Origin: an uncultured Methanosarcinales archaeon | GTDB taxonomy: Archaea; Nanobdellota; Nanobdellia; Woesearchaeales; ARS49 | Direction of reading: 5' to 3' | DNA length: 62,561 nucleotides | Assembly: GCA_964497645.1 (NCBI GenBank) | Contig: CAZCCU010000003.1 | Location: 1-62,561, forward strand | Shown: positions 1-8,974 of the stretch, one piece after another | How positions within the stretch are numbered: the stretch's first letter is position 1 | Layout: each line of letters begins with the position of its first letter | Position numbers and translations under genes: made by a program | Notes under the pieces: model-generated | What the model was told of the DNA's origin: nothing | Databases searched by the model: none | What the model saw: only the letters and a program-made list of their open reading frames with translations

Positions 1-112
1 TGTCCACTGGGCCCTTACTGGGCCTGAAAGTACATAAAGCCAGAAAACAATTGTAGTGACAAGCGCGCTACAACGCTTATATCAGCAAAAAAACATCAAA
101 TTGTACGGACAA

Positions 113-343
113 ACGCTGTACAAAGTTGATAAGCGCGAAAAACAATGTATCTTTTTGTTGGACAAAGTCCGACATTTTCGAGTTACACGCTTTTATAGAA
201 GGCGTGTCCGCAAAGTGTCCTGCAAAGTTGATAAGCGCAAAAAGCAATGTATGTTTGGGTTGGACAAAGTCTCATCTAAATGTGCTACCTGCTTTTATAG
301 TCGGGCACAGAATGTCCGCAAAATGCGCTACAAAGTTGATAAG
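113..343. repeat. Tandem repeat, about 2.2 units of 102-108 bp, ending 15 bp before the integrase start
   Basis: CAAAGTTGATAAG occurs at 121, 223 and 331. Units also share GTTGGACAAAGTC, GCTTTTATAG and TGTCCGCAAA. The sub-motif RCAAAGT occurs about 7 times. Confidence 0.8.
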
Positions 344-357
344 GTGATTTTGGCTTT

Positions 358-1638
358 ATGATAGATGTGCAAACTCCGGAAATTGACGGCTTGTTCAGTG
401 CAGGAGTCTGGAGACCAAACATGGATACGACAGACTACCATCGATTTAGCAAGCAATACCAGACGGCGATTACGAGGCTCTGGAAGGCAAAAATGCCCGA
501 AGACGATAAAAGACTCGTCGAGAAGTTTGCACGCGACGTAAAGGCAGATGGAACGGGTTATTCGCGCCTTACGAAACTTGTGCGAAACCTTGCGGTTATC
601 GGTGAAGCGTTAGGCAAACAGTTCAAACAGGCAACCGTTGAGGATATCCGAAGGATTGTCCATGTTTACGAATCAGGCAATTATTCTGTTTGGACAAAGC
701 ACGACGTGAAAGTCATACTGAAACAATTTTACAAATGGCTTGACGGAGAGGATTATCCGAAAGTTGTCAAATGGATTTGCACTACTATTCCGCAAAAAGA
801 CAAGCCGTTAACCCAAGAATCTGAACTTCTTACAGAAGATGAGGTTAACAAGTTGATAGCGACAGCTGACCATCCACGAAATAAGGCAGTAATCGCAATA
901 TTAGCAGAAAGTGGGGCACGCATTGGTGAAATTGGCAACTTAACCATCGGTCAAATCAAGATTGATGCAAGCGGTACTGTGTTGAATGTCTCTGGAAAGA
1001 CTGGCAGGCGAAGGTTACGCATAATTTCCGCTACGTCTTACTTAGTCAAATGGCTCGATATTCACCCTGACAATGCCAACCCCTACGCTCCGCTATGGGT
1101 GAATATCGGAACGAAAGACTACCACAAACAAACGACCTATGAAGGCATCCGCAAGATTTTGATAGAAACTTTCAAAAAAGCTGGCATCAAAAAACGCTGC
1201 CACCCGTACATTTTCAGGCACAGCAGAGCTTCACAACTTGCCAGACACCTGACAGAATACCAAATGAACGCTTATTTCGGCTGGATACAAGGAAGCAGGA
1301 TGCCATCTTGTTACGTCCACATTTCTGGCAAGGATTTGGATGAAGACATACTGCGCATTAACGGAATGAAGCCAGGAGAAAAACCAATACCCTACAAACC
1401 ACAACTCAGAGCCTGCCCAAGATGCAGAGAAATCAACAGTCCAAACGCCTTGTACTGCTGCAAGTGTGCGGAAATCGTAGACCCCACGCTTGCCTTGAAA
1501 AGCAAGCTGGAAGAAGCCGAAAAACCTGCCAATATAGTCAAGAGTCCATTTCTCGAATGGGTGCAAAACGACCCAGAACTGCGGGAAATGCTCAAGCGCA
1601 AAGCGATGGAGTTCAAAGATGAAATCCAGCCAATCTAG
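358..1638 (+). CDS. Tyrosine recombinase / phage-type integrase with C-terminal zinc ribbon
   Basis: Catalytic-domain motifs ESGARIGE, HPYIFRHSRASQL (H-x-x-R) and SCYVHISGKD (Tyr region). C-terminal CPRC...CCKC ribbon. Confidence 0.85.
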   Translation: MIDVQTPEIDGLFSAGVWRPNMDTTDYHRFSKQYQTAITRLWKAKMPEDDKRLVEKFARDVKADGTGYSRLTKLVRNLAVIGEALGKQFKQATVEDIRRIVHVYESGNYSVWTKHDVKVILKQFYKWLDGEDYPKVVKWICTTIPQKDKPLTQESELLTEDEVNKLIATADHPRNKAVIAILAESGARIGEIGNLTIGQIKIDASGTVLNVSGKTGRRRLRIISATSYLVKWLDIHPDNANPYAPLWVNIGTKDYHKQTTYEGIRKILIETFKKAGIKKRCHPYIFRHSRASQLARHLTEYQMNAYFGWIQGSRMPSCYVHISGKDLDEDILRINGMKPGEKPIPYKPQLRACPRCREINSPNALYCCKCAEIVDPTLALKSKLEEAEKPANIVKSPFLEWVQNDPELREMLKRKAMEFKDEIQPI

Positions 1639-2560
1639 TGACCCGATAGTTGACTTTGCATTTTATGGAGGAATTATCGTATTTACAGCTCTGCTAGCTC
1701 TAAGACTGGCAACAATTATCTGGCAATTTCTTACCAGTATTTGGCAGGTATGCGCGCTACTTTTTGCAACAATAATCAGCACCCTATATTTTGTCAGCGC
1801 GTTCAGGCGACTACGGTATACTCCAATGCGCACCGACGTTGATTTACAAGGAATTGAAAACTCTGACCTTTTTGACGAAGAACCCGTCAAACCTGAACCA
1901 AAGGTTCAGACCGCCCCTGCAACACAGGAAATACAAAAAAGAGAAATCAGAATTGATACTGATAAATTGTCGAGCAAAGCAGTGCACTGGTATGACTTCT
2001 TAATTCCAGAAGAACAAGAATACCTCACAAGGCAAGGTTACGAATTAAAACGCTTTGTTCCATTAGGCGAAACCCACCCGCAACCCTTCTTGATAAAGAA
2101 AAATGGCGTGGAAAGCTACGAACACACTTTCGTGGTAAACATAATTGCTGACGAACTACGCCAATACACCAAGAAAGTCAGCATACACCTAACACAATAC
2201 CCCGACATCTTATTCGAGTGTAACAACAAGGAATGGGCTGTTGAAGTTGAAACACCCTTTGGCTTGCCGAAAAAACACAGACGTCTCGCACAAAAGACAC
2301 TAGAAAACAACCAAAAATACACTTCACGATGGGTCATTGCGGTAACACACAGCGCTTACGCTAAAAGCTTCAAACGCTACGCCAAAGTCTTACGCAGAAA
2401 CGAAGTTGAAGAATGGATTAAACACCTATTTGTGCCCCGCAGGGTACAATATACCGTTCCACAAAAACGCCATTTTGGCCGTGCCATTACCGACGATAAC
2501 ACCCAGAAAAAAGCAGCCGTGCCACCCACGAACAAAGCACACCAGCATCAAGCAGATTAG
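1619..2560 (+). CDS. Hypothetical membrane-anchored protein
   Basis: 313-aa ORF overlapping the integrase stop by 20 bp. Two N-terminal hydrophobic helices. The C-terminal PDILFE...AVEVETPFGLPKK pattern is faintly PD-(D/E)xK-like but unverified. Confidence 0.5.
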   Translation: MKSSQSSDPIVDFAFYGGIIVFTALLALRLATIIWQFLTSIWQVCALLFATIISTLYFVSAFRRLRYTPMRTDVDLQGIENSDLFDEEPVKPEPKVQTAPATQEIQKREIRIDTDKLSSKAVHWYDFLIPEEQEYLTRQGYELKRFVPLGETHPQPFLIKKNGVESYEHTFVVNIIADELRQYTKKVSIHLTQYPDILFECNNKEWAVEVETPFGLPKKHRRLAQKTLENNQKYTSRWVIAVTHSAYAKSFKRYAKVLRRNEVEEWIKHLFVPRRVQYTVPQKRHFGRAITDDNTQKKAAVPPTNKAHQHQAD

Positions 2561-2686
2561 AAAAACCAAGACTTCTTGATGTGCCAAAAACCAAGCTCTA
2601 AAAGACTATTAAAACAACGATTGGAAAGAGCAAGACCAACACCCTCCCAAATGGCGAAGGATTTCACAAGATTTATATACTACTAA

Positions 2687-2947
2687 ATGGTAGTTACTAA
2701 TATGATAAATCATGAAACTTTAGAACAGATAATAACTGTTGCAATTCCAACAGCCTTTGTTGGAGGTTTAGTGGTCGGCAATATAATGGATTATTTGGTT
2801 GCTCGTTATTCTACGCTTCGTTCATTAGGGCGAGAACGCGCTGAAGATTTTGCTTCTGAACAACTTAAAAAATGGGAAAAATCTAATCCATTAATTAAAG
2901 TTGGAACGTATGGTCGCAAAATAGCGTATGAGCAAACATTAAGATAA
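2687..2947 (+). CDS. Hypothetical small membrane protein
   Basis: 86-aa ORF with one hydrophobic helix (IITVAIPTAFVGGLVVGNIM). A TATA-like ATTTATATA lies upstream. Confidence 0.4.
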   Translation: MVVTNMINHETLEQIITVAIPTAFVGGLVVGNIMDYLVARYSTLRSLGRERAEDFASEQLKKWEKSNPLIKVGTYGRKIAYEQTLR

Positions 2948-3008
2948 ACCCTAGATTTTTTAAGGGTGTAAGTGAATTTTTATAAAGTCAACAAGTATAC
3001 AAAGCGTT

Positions 3009-3335
3009 ATGGACGAGAATATTGAGAACATAGCCACGAAAGTACAAACTGTTGCACAAATGCTTGGCAAGCCGTGTGCAGCGCATGGCTGGAACTCATT
3101 TCACGCATATCAGGATGATCGGATAGTTCTTTCATACAAATGTATGACAGGAAAACCAGAAGGAATAGCAGAGGTCCGCGCTGATGACCAAACTGTTTTC
3201 TTCCAATTTTTGACCGCGCAGAAACCTGATGTACTGAAGCCAGGAGAATGGGAGCGGCGGCTGAATGATTTGTACGCGAAAACGAAACAGCAAAAAGATC
3301 CTCCCAAAACTCCGGTTGATTGCGAACATTTCTAA
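3009..3335 (+). CDS. Hypothetical protein
   Basis: 108-aa ORF preceded by TTTTTATAAAG. Followed by the hairpin AAAAGG-TAC-CCTTTT. Confidence 0.4.
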   Translation: MDENIENIATKVQTVAQMLGKPCAAHGWNSFHAYQDDRIVLSYKCMTGKPEGIAEVRADDQTVFFQFLTAQKPDVLKPGEWERRLNDLYAKTKQQKDPPKTPVDCEHF

Positions 3336-3473
3336 CCATCCCAAAAGGTACCCTTTTCGAACTGTGGGGAAAATCAGAGGAATTGCTACTATTTTGTAAC
3401 TACTATTAAGGGGCTAAAATAGATAGCTTTATATAATGGTGTTATTTAATTGAAGCGTAGGGCGAATACTCAT

Positions 3474-4208
3474 ATGAACAAACTCACAATTCCTGCTGGC
3501 GAGAAAGAACAGCTTAAAGGTTACCAACACTTTGGTTCTTTTGACAAGGGCGTTGCAGCCTTGAAGAAAAAGGGTCTTGAACTTATCACTTCTGAGGACC
3601 TTGCCGAGCATCGTATTGCTGCGAAAGGGCACGAAGAGTACCATCAAAGAAATACAGGAACGTGGACTGCTGAGAACTACAATTACGGTCTAAAAGGAGA
3701 GATTTTGATTGCATCAAGAAAATTTAACCCGATTCTCAAAAACCCTACGAAAGCTACGGATGCCCACAGAAGTGGCAATGAATTTTATCTTGATGCGATA
3801 ACTTGGAAGGCGCTTAGAGAACGTGCTGAGACTGATCCCGAAAAGGCGATTAAAAGTGGCGTACTATTGCTTCCAAGAAAGGATTACAGAAGAAACCTTC
3901 CAACAAATGCTTTTGAAGAATACGCCCCAACACGTTTCCACTTCCGCCAACAGGCAACTCCTTATGGCAGATTCCTTAAAGCACGAGGCATCACGAGTAT
4001 TGGACATTACGTTGTTGAGGAATATGATGCTCGAAAACAGCCCAAGCCCTTTGGTCAGGCCTTGTGGGTCGACTACCTGCACTGCGGGTCTAACCTCGAA
4101 GGCCACGACAGATACCGCCTTAGCGACAGCTGCGATGGCTGGCTGGGTGTGCTTGGGGTACGTCGTGCACCCACGGCTGTAAATGAGCCAAAAACGAAGA
4201 CTGGATGA
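3474..4208 (+). CDS. Hypothetical protein
   Basis: Long ORF (track start 3450 is TTG). The first ATG is at 3474, downstream of TATA-like TTTATATA (about 3428). No recognisable motifs. Confidence 0.5.
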   Translation: MNKLTIPAGEKEQLKGYQHFGSFDKGVAALKKKGLELITSEDLAEHRIAAKGHEEYHQRNTGTWTAENYNYGLKGEILIASRKFNPILKNPTKATDAHRSGNEFYLDAITWKALRERAETDPEKAIKSGVLLLPRKDYRRNLPTNAFEEYAPTRFHFRQQATPYGRFLKARGITSIGHYVVEEYDARKQPKPFGQALWVDYLHCGSNLEGHDRYRLSDSCDGWLGVLGVRRAPTAVNEPKTKTG

Positions 4209-4548
4209 CATCAGTGGAAGCGGGAAAGCCCTTTGTTTACAAAGGCATTAAATACGCGCCGCAAAAGAAGTAACTTCTTCTCGATTCTTATTTGCGATTC
4301 CTTCACCTTTTCTGACGGTCTTGACTTCGCTCTTTCCAATAGTTATTTAATGCTTTATTCGTTGCTTGAATTTTATGAACAAAACAAATAAATACAAGCA
4401 GCACTTTATAGCAAGTAGATTCTTGCAACCTCAAGCAAGCAATTGTATGCTTACGAAGAGGGTGCTGCTTCCCGTGTGAGGCTTTAACGGTTAAGTTTGG
4501 AGCACTCGGAAAATAGCGCGTTTTGCGCTACAAAAAATTCAGAGGATT

Positions 4549-5283
4549 TTAAGGTTGTGCTTGTTTCCATAACATTTCGAATAGAACCGTTTGCTGCTTG
4601 GCAAAATCGGCGTGCCTCACGATGATGCCGAGCGGGTTTTGCGGGTCTGTTGACAGAATTGCGACTTTATCTCCATAGATGTATTCTGTTATTTTCGTTC
4701 GTTCTAGCGCGGGCAAGAATCGGGTTTCCCGAAGCTCTTGCTTGTCCTTTTTCTTCCATGTCTCGATTGCGCCAGGTGTTTTTTCAGTGAGTAGCTTCGC
4801 AGGAATTTTCTCTGTTACTCGTTGTTGAATAAATCTGGGCGAGAAATATTTGAGAGTGTTGAACACGGATTCGTAGTTAGAAAATGCAAGGAGCGGTTGT
4901 TTTTCTCCGAGAATATCCTGCCAGATCGTGCGAATGCCCTCTACTCCTTCGTAGAGTTCAAGTGTTGGCCCTTCGGTGACGAATTGTCGTAATTTTCTCA
5001 GTTCCGGAAGTGCTTCCTGGATTTTTTGTTTCTTCGCGTCGAGACTTTCAATGAGCTTTTGCGGGTCTGCAGCTTCGAAATGGAGGATTCGATTTTTCAC
5101 AAGGCTAGCCACAATGCCTTTTTCTCGCAGCGATTTGAGGATGTCGTAGGTTGTTGTTCGAATGAGGTCAGAACGTTCGGCGATCATGTTGACTGTTGAA
5201 GGACCCAAGGAGAGCAAAACCAGGTAGACCTTTGCTTCTTTCTCGCTCAAGCCGACTTCTTGCAATAACGGGCCTAACTCCAT
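4549..5283 (-). CDS. TrmB-family transcriptional regulator
   Basis: N-terminal wHTH LSEKEAKVYLVLLSLGPSTVNMIAERSDLIRTTTYDILKSLREKGIV. Start moved to the ATG at 5283, which lies about 25 nt downstream of ATATTTAAATA (minus strand). The track ORF runs to 5349. Confidence 0.8.
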   Translation of the reverse strand: MELGPLLQEVGLSEKEAKVYLVLLSLGPSTVNMIAERSDLIRTTTYDILKSLREKGIVASLVKNRILHFEAADPQKLIESLDAKKQKIQEALPELRKLRQFVTEGPTLELYEGVEGIRTIWQDILGEKQPLLAFSNYESVFNTLKYFSPRFIQQRVTEKIPAKLLTEKTPGAIETWKKKDKQELRETRFLPALERTKITEYIYGDKVAILSTDPQNPLGIIVRHADFAKQQTVLFEMLWKQAQP

Positions 5284-5362
5284 AGGGTAACGTACTGAAG
5301 GGCTATTTAAATATTTTTTGTTTTGTCGTAGACTTTCGACAGCAAACATTTAATTACTTTTC

Positions 5363-5378
5363 ACTACTATGTAGTAGT
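5363..5378. promoter_or_regulatory. 16-bp perfect palindrome ACTACTA-TG-TAGTAGT in the divergent TrmB/cassette intergenic region
   Basis: Read directly from the sequence. Lies between divergent genes 4549-5283(-) and 5416-6480(+). Confidence 0.5.
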
Positions 5379-5415
5379 TAGAAGTGACTCATCCTCGAAA
5401 ACGGGTGGAGACGCA

Positions 5416-6480
5416 ATGACACAAAAAAAACCCATTAAAATCCGTGAAGACTGCCGGAGAGACGGCATCGCGGCTAATTTCTTGATAGATGCAAGTATGA
5501 TGAAGACGCTTGCAGAAGCGCTTCCCACAGCCATCATCGATGTTGGTTACCCGTCCATTTGTTCTGCGGAGGAAAAGCGTGTTGCACAGATTCTGGAAGC
5601 ACTGAAGGAAACCAACGTAGAGTCCGCAGTTTACAGTCACGCCATGCGCTCGCATCTTGATCAGACGGGACACCTGATTGCGCCTTACCGGAATGCAAGC
5701 GCGTGCTTCTGGATCCCTACAAGTGACCACTTCATTTCGCAGACGCTCGCGGACTGGAAGCCCGAGGATGTGCTCAACAATGCAGTTTCGCTGGTTGAGT
5801 ACTTCACCAAGCAGTACGGCAAGCCGGTCGACGTAGCGTTGACTGACACGACGCGCGCAGAAAGCGGACTTGAGCACAGACTCGCGGAATGGTCTAGTCG
5901 CCTCAGCGACGCTGGCGCGCGCTCTCTGATTGTGTGTGACAGTCTTGGAATCGGCAACCGGGAGATTGCGGAACGGCTCTTTGATGCCATTCGCGCCCGA
6001 TACAGCGGATTGCTTGAATTCCATGGCCACGATGACAACGGTACTGCCCTTGATCAGGTCAAGGTCGCAGTTGAACACGGCTCTCCCATAATCAATACTG
6101 CACTGTTCAATGCTTCTGAGCGGGGGACGCTCGTGTCGCCGCAACGACTATTGCAGGCGGGACTGAACTTCCCGTGTGACCAGGAGCGGCTTGCAACGTT
6201 CGTTACTGAGTTCGAGCACAAGATAGGAAACCCTCAGGAGATTGTCCGTCTGCTCTACGGTCCGTCAACGATCGTGACCGGATCGCAGTACCGGCTCCGG
6301 GACAGATTTGCAGACCCGAAACTGCTCTTTGGAGTGACAAGTGACCGGTTCATCTACCGTAAAATGACGGGCAGCACTGCTCCTGATGACGTTGTGCGCC
6401 AGGAAATGGAGCGCTTGAAGAATTCACTCTACCAGCAGGGGAAAGTGTGCTTTGACGAGCGCGAGATTAACGTAGCGTGA
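5416..6480 (+). CDS. HMGL-like (DRE-TIM metallolyase) family protein, divergent
   Basis: IREDCRRDG (compare TLRDG), VGYPS, CDSLGIG, FHGHDDNGTALDQ (H-x-H metal site) and ASERGTL (compare GERAGN). The segment is visibly GC-richer and carries long shadow ORFs. Confidence 0.5.
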   Translation: MTQKKPIKIREDCRRDGIAANFLIDASMMKTLAEALPTAIIDVGYPSICSAEEKRVAQILEALKETNVESAVYSHAMRSHLDQTGHLIAPYRNASACFWIPTSDHFISQTLADWKPEDVLNNAVSLVEYFTKQYGKPVDVALTDTTRAESGLEHRLAEWSSRLSDAGARSLIVCDSLGIGNREIAERLFDAIRARYSGLLEFHGHDDNGTALDQVKVAVEHGSPIINTALFNASERGTLVSPQRLLQAGLNFPCDQERLATFVTEFEHKIGNPQEIVRLLYGPSTIVTGSQYRLRDRFADPKLLFGVTSDRFIYRKMTGSTAPDDVVRQEMERLKNSLYQQGKVCFDEREINVA

Positions 6481-6487
6481 GGATACT

Positions 6488-7297
6488 GTGTCTTCGCCAC
6501 TCGAGAGCATCTACAGGAACAGGGAATTTAATTGGCGTGAGTACGCAAAGCTCTACGAACGCTACTGTGCGACGTCGGGGAACTACTACCGCTTGACCGC
6601 ACGCGCAATCCTCAATCGCATCGCGATTCAGGACAGCCACAGCATTGTTGATGCGGCATGCGGCACAGGAATTTTTACTGAGGAAGTGTGCCGTTCACAA
6701 TCGCCTCGAATCATTGGCATCGACCTGTCCGAGGAGGCGTTGGCACGCTACGCATCCAAGTTCGCTGCGCATGCACGGATTATGCCTGTTCGCGGAAATC
6801 TTGAAATGATCGATTCCTCGGTAGATTCCCCTATAGACCAGATTATCGCTGCCTCAGCGCTTTGGAACTTCAAATGGAAGGAGTTTTTCCCCAAGGCAGG
6901 CAAGATTCTCAAGCAGCACGGAGTGCTGTCGTTCAACGTTCCCGCGGCCTACCTAGGAGAAAAAAGCGGATTTTTGTACGAAGTCGCGCAGACGTTCGAG
7001 AAAGAGTGCAATACGAGCGGCAAGATGTTCTCTATCGAAGACCGCACGCTGCAGGACGTCCTTGCGGCCTCCGGTTTCAAGCACGTCGAGAAGCATGCAT
7101 ACCAATTTGCGATGTCTCCGGAAGCGCTGAAAGGCATGTTTGCACTGTTCAGGTTACGCGCACCGTTCATCTTCTTTCAGGACGACCTTCCGCTTGCCGA
7201 ACGGCAAGCGGTAACGGACAGGACACTCGACCGGATACTCAAACAATGGCAAAAGGGTCACGTCGAAACAGGGCATGTCTACGTTTGCAAGAAATAG
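6488..7297 (+). CDS. Class I SAM-dependent methyltransferase
   Basis: Motif I VDAACGTGIFT. GTG start 8 nt after the upstream stop. Same GC-rich segment. Confidence 0.7.
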   Translation: MSSPLESIYRNREFNWREYAKLYERYCATSGNYYRLTARAILNRIAIQDSHSIVDAACGTGIFTEEVCRSQSPRIIGIDLSEEALARYASKFAAHARIMPVRGNLEMIDSSVDSPIDQIIAASALWNFKWKEFFPKAGKILKQHGVLSFNVPAAYLGEKSGFLYEVAQTFEKECNTSGKMFSIEDRTLQDVLAASGFKHVEKHAYQFAMSPEALKGMFALFRLRAPFIFFQDDLPLAERQAVTDRTLDRILKQWQKGHVETGHVYVCKK

Positions 7298-7496
7298 CAG
7301 AACATTTTTCGAGGACATCAAACTAATTGGTACACCATCGAAACAATAATAAACTTCAACCACGTTAGTTATTTCATTCAGGAGCCCGCAGAAATTCCTT
7401 AAAGGGCTCCAAACTTAATCTACGGAGCACATCGGAGGCTCTAGTAGTTTAGTATGGATCCCTCGATGTTGAGACTGCAGTGTGCTTGAAGTCGAT

Positions 7497-7916
7497 CTAG
7501 TGCTTAATCTCCAGATATTTGATCAGGTCTTTTGTTTTCCAGATTTTGATGCGGTTCTGTTTTTCGAAGTGTTTGTCTTCGCTCCAGATTCCATCATTTC
7601 TGACCGATAGAGCAAGTGCGATAAAAATTGCGTCTTTTGGGTCGATAGAATCCATAACGCGTGCTGCTTCTTCCCTGTGCTTGATATCAGTTTCAGGTAC
7701 AATAAGTAGGTTGCTTTTGAGGCTCTCTATCAGAAGTTGAAATTTTTCGTCTGATAGCTTAGACTTGTGCAAAATTTCAGTAGTAATCTTTTCGATTTCT
7801 TGAAAAGCGAACTCAGGAACAAAATATTCCATTTCTGGATGCAAAAGAATCTCTCGTGTTACAGAATCCTTGATTAATGCTGCCACAAGAATATTTGTAT
7901 CGAGTACTAACTTCAT
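7497..7916 (-). CDS. vapC: PIN-domain ribonuclease toxin (VapC-like)
   Basis: N-terminal MKLVLDTNILVAAL, with later acidic residues (EF..QEIE, D..DA). 4-bp overlap with the upstream antitoxin gene. Confidence 0.8.
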   Translation of the reverse strand: MKLVLDTNILVAALIKDSVTREILLHPEMEYFVPEFAFQEIEKITTEILHKSKLSDEKFQLLIESLKSNLLIVPETDIKHREEAARVMDSIDPKDAIFIALALSVRNDGIWSEDKHFEKQNRIKIWKTKDLIKYLEIKH

Positions 7917-8134
7917 CCGTAGTATCTCTTGTGTAATCCTGCTTTGATTTTTTCACCAATCTCTTCTGCGTCTTTTTCTGTTAGTTTGCTTCCGGCAACA
8001 AGCTTTTCCATTAATTCAAGTTTTTTTGCGTGCGCCCACATTGCTTTTCTGGCTATCTCACTCCATTTTATTTCACTATGTTGTTTCATAACCTTGTTCA
8101 ATTCTTCCGGAACCGCTAATGTCATGTTTACCAT
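7913..8134 (-). CDS. vapB: Antitoxin partner of VapC (small DNA-binding protein)
   Basis: 73-aa ORF with an ATGA overlap to the PIN gene. GGAGG lies upstream. Confidence 0.65.
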   Translation of the reverse strand: MVNMTLAVPEELNKVMKQHSEIKWSEIARKAMWAHAKKLELMEKLVAGSKLTEKDAEEIGEKIKAGLHKRYYG

Positions 8135-8146
8135 TTTTCTGCCTCC

Positions 8147-8171
8147 TAAGTATTTTAAGTATGATAAGTAT
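8147..8171. promoter_or_regulatory. Three TAAGTAT direct repeats at 9-bp spacing upstream of vapBC (candidate operator)
   Basis: TAAGTAT occurs at 8147, 8156 and 8165, directly upstream of the SD of the antitoxin gene. Confidence 0.45.
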
Positions 8172-8261
8172 AACTACTTAATAAAGCTTACGGTCATAGA
8201 ACGCAGAAAAGAATATCTCGATTTTGGGCCAAGATTGAAGGCAGCAAATTTGTACTGATTT

Positions 8262-8741
8262 CTACAGTTCGCTTAGTAGACGTCGAAACCTTTTCAGATT
8301 CATTTTGATAAGTATGGAATCTCGACCAACTGGGGATGAAGTGAGTTCAGTTCCAAACCAGGAAGGTGGAACAAAAGACCGCGCTTCTTTTTCACTTTGA
8401 AAATTTACCTCTATACGTATTAATCCTGCATGATTTCCGTCATATACTTTTAATGATGTCTTCGGTGAATCGGATAATCGGTAGACTTTTCCGGTTATCT
8501 TTTTTCGCAAGGTTTTTTTAAGTTCATCAAATTCTTGAACGCTAATGGCCAGAGGGTATTTGTGTGCTGTGAGATCAGAGTTGATTTCTTTTCGTTCAAT
8601 TTCGCACTCATTTCCTTTTCTTTGCAGACGTATTTCTGTTTTTTTACCAATAAATAAGTAGTATCGCTCAAAAGATTTGCCCAGCTTCAATCCACTTGGA
8701 ATCTTTTTCAGGAAGAATTTTCGTTCGATTTCAATACTCAT
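8262..8741 (-). CDS. CYTH-domain protein (triphosphate tunnel metalloenzyme / CyaB-like)
   Basis: N-terminal signature MSIEIERKFFL (the EXEXK motif). Length about 160 aa. Start set at the ATG at 8741. Confidence 0.7.
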   Translation of the reverse strand: MSIEIERKFFLKKIPSGLKLGKSFERYYLFIGKKTEIRLQRKGNECEIERKEINSDLTAHKYPLAISVQEFDELKKTLRKKITGKVYRLSDSPKTSLKVYDGNHAGLIRIEVNFQSEKEARSFVPPSWFGTELTSSPVGRDSILIKMNLKRFRRLLSEL

Positions 8742-8974
8742 AATTCTCAAAAGAGAACACACGTATAAAAATCTAGTCGGTATATCGGTTGCCGACCAGC
8801 CGTACGAAAATTATAAATAAACCAGCATTATGAGGAATGTAAGGTTCAGGAGTCTGTTGAGGGATCCCACTTCTGCTTCTGTAGCCCACCGTAGGCTTTC
8901 AACTTTCTCTTTGTTGCACGGCGAAGATTTAAATATGTCGTCTTCTCATCATCGCGTATCAACGAGGTGATTTT

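Larger units (their letters stand above)
324..4534. mobile_element. Putative small integrated element (integrase plus 4 orphan ORFs) bounded by an 11-bp direct repeat
   Basis: TGCGCTACAAA occurs at 324-334 and 4524-4534. A tyrosine integrase sits at the left end. The cargo ORFs have no housekeeping motifs. Boundaries are tentative. Confidence 0.3.

Noticed and set aside
1-112. tRNA gene or tRNA 3' fragment as integration target at the left edge (also 4209-4548 and 7298-7496)
   Set aside because: I could not find a T-arm (GGTTCRAATCC-like) or acceptor/anticodon stem arrangement on either strand.
56-361. 101-aa and 73-aa ORFs upstream of the integrase
   Set aside because: Their internally repeated translation (YKVDKR.KQC.F.LDKV twice) only mirrors the ~105-bp DNA tandem repeat. 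I treat the region as non-coding arm-type sites.
5389-7326. Long opposite-strand or alternate-frame ORFs (5389-6144 minus, 5685-6038 minus, 6862-7326 plus)
   Set aside because: These are shadow ORFs typical of a GC-rich segment. They have Arg/Ser-rich compositions and no motifs, and they overlap motif-bearing genes.
4491-7418. IS/transposon bounded by the 13-bp inverted repeat TTAAGTTTGGAGC
   Set aside because: There is no transposase inside. 13-bp inverted matches are expected by chance tens of times in a 62-kb window when all position pairs are considered. I mention it only as context for the GC-rich cassette.
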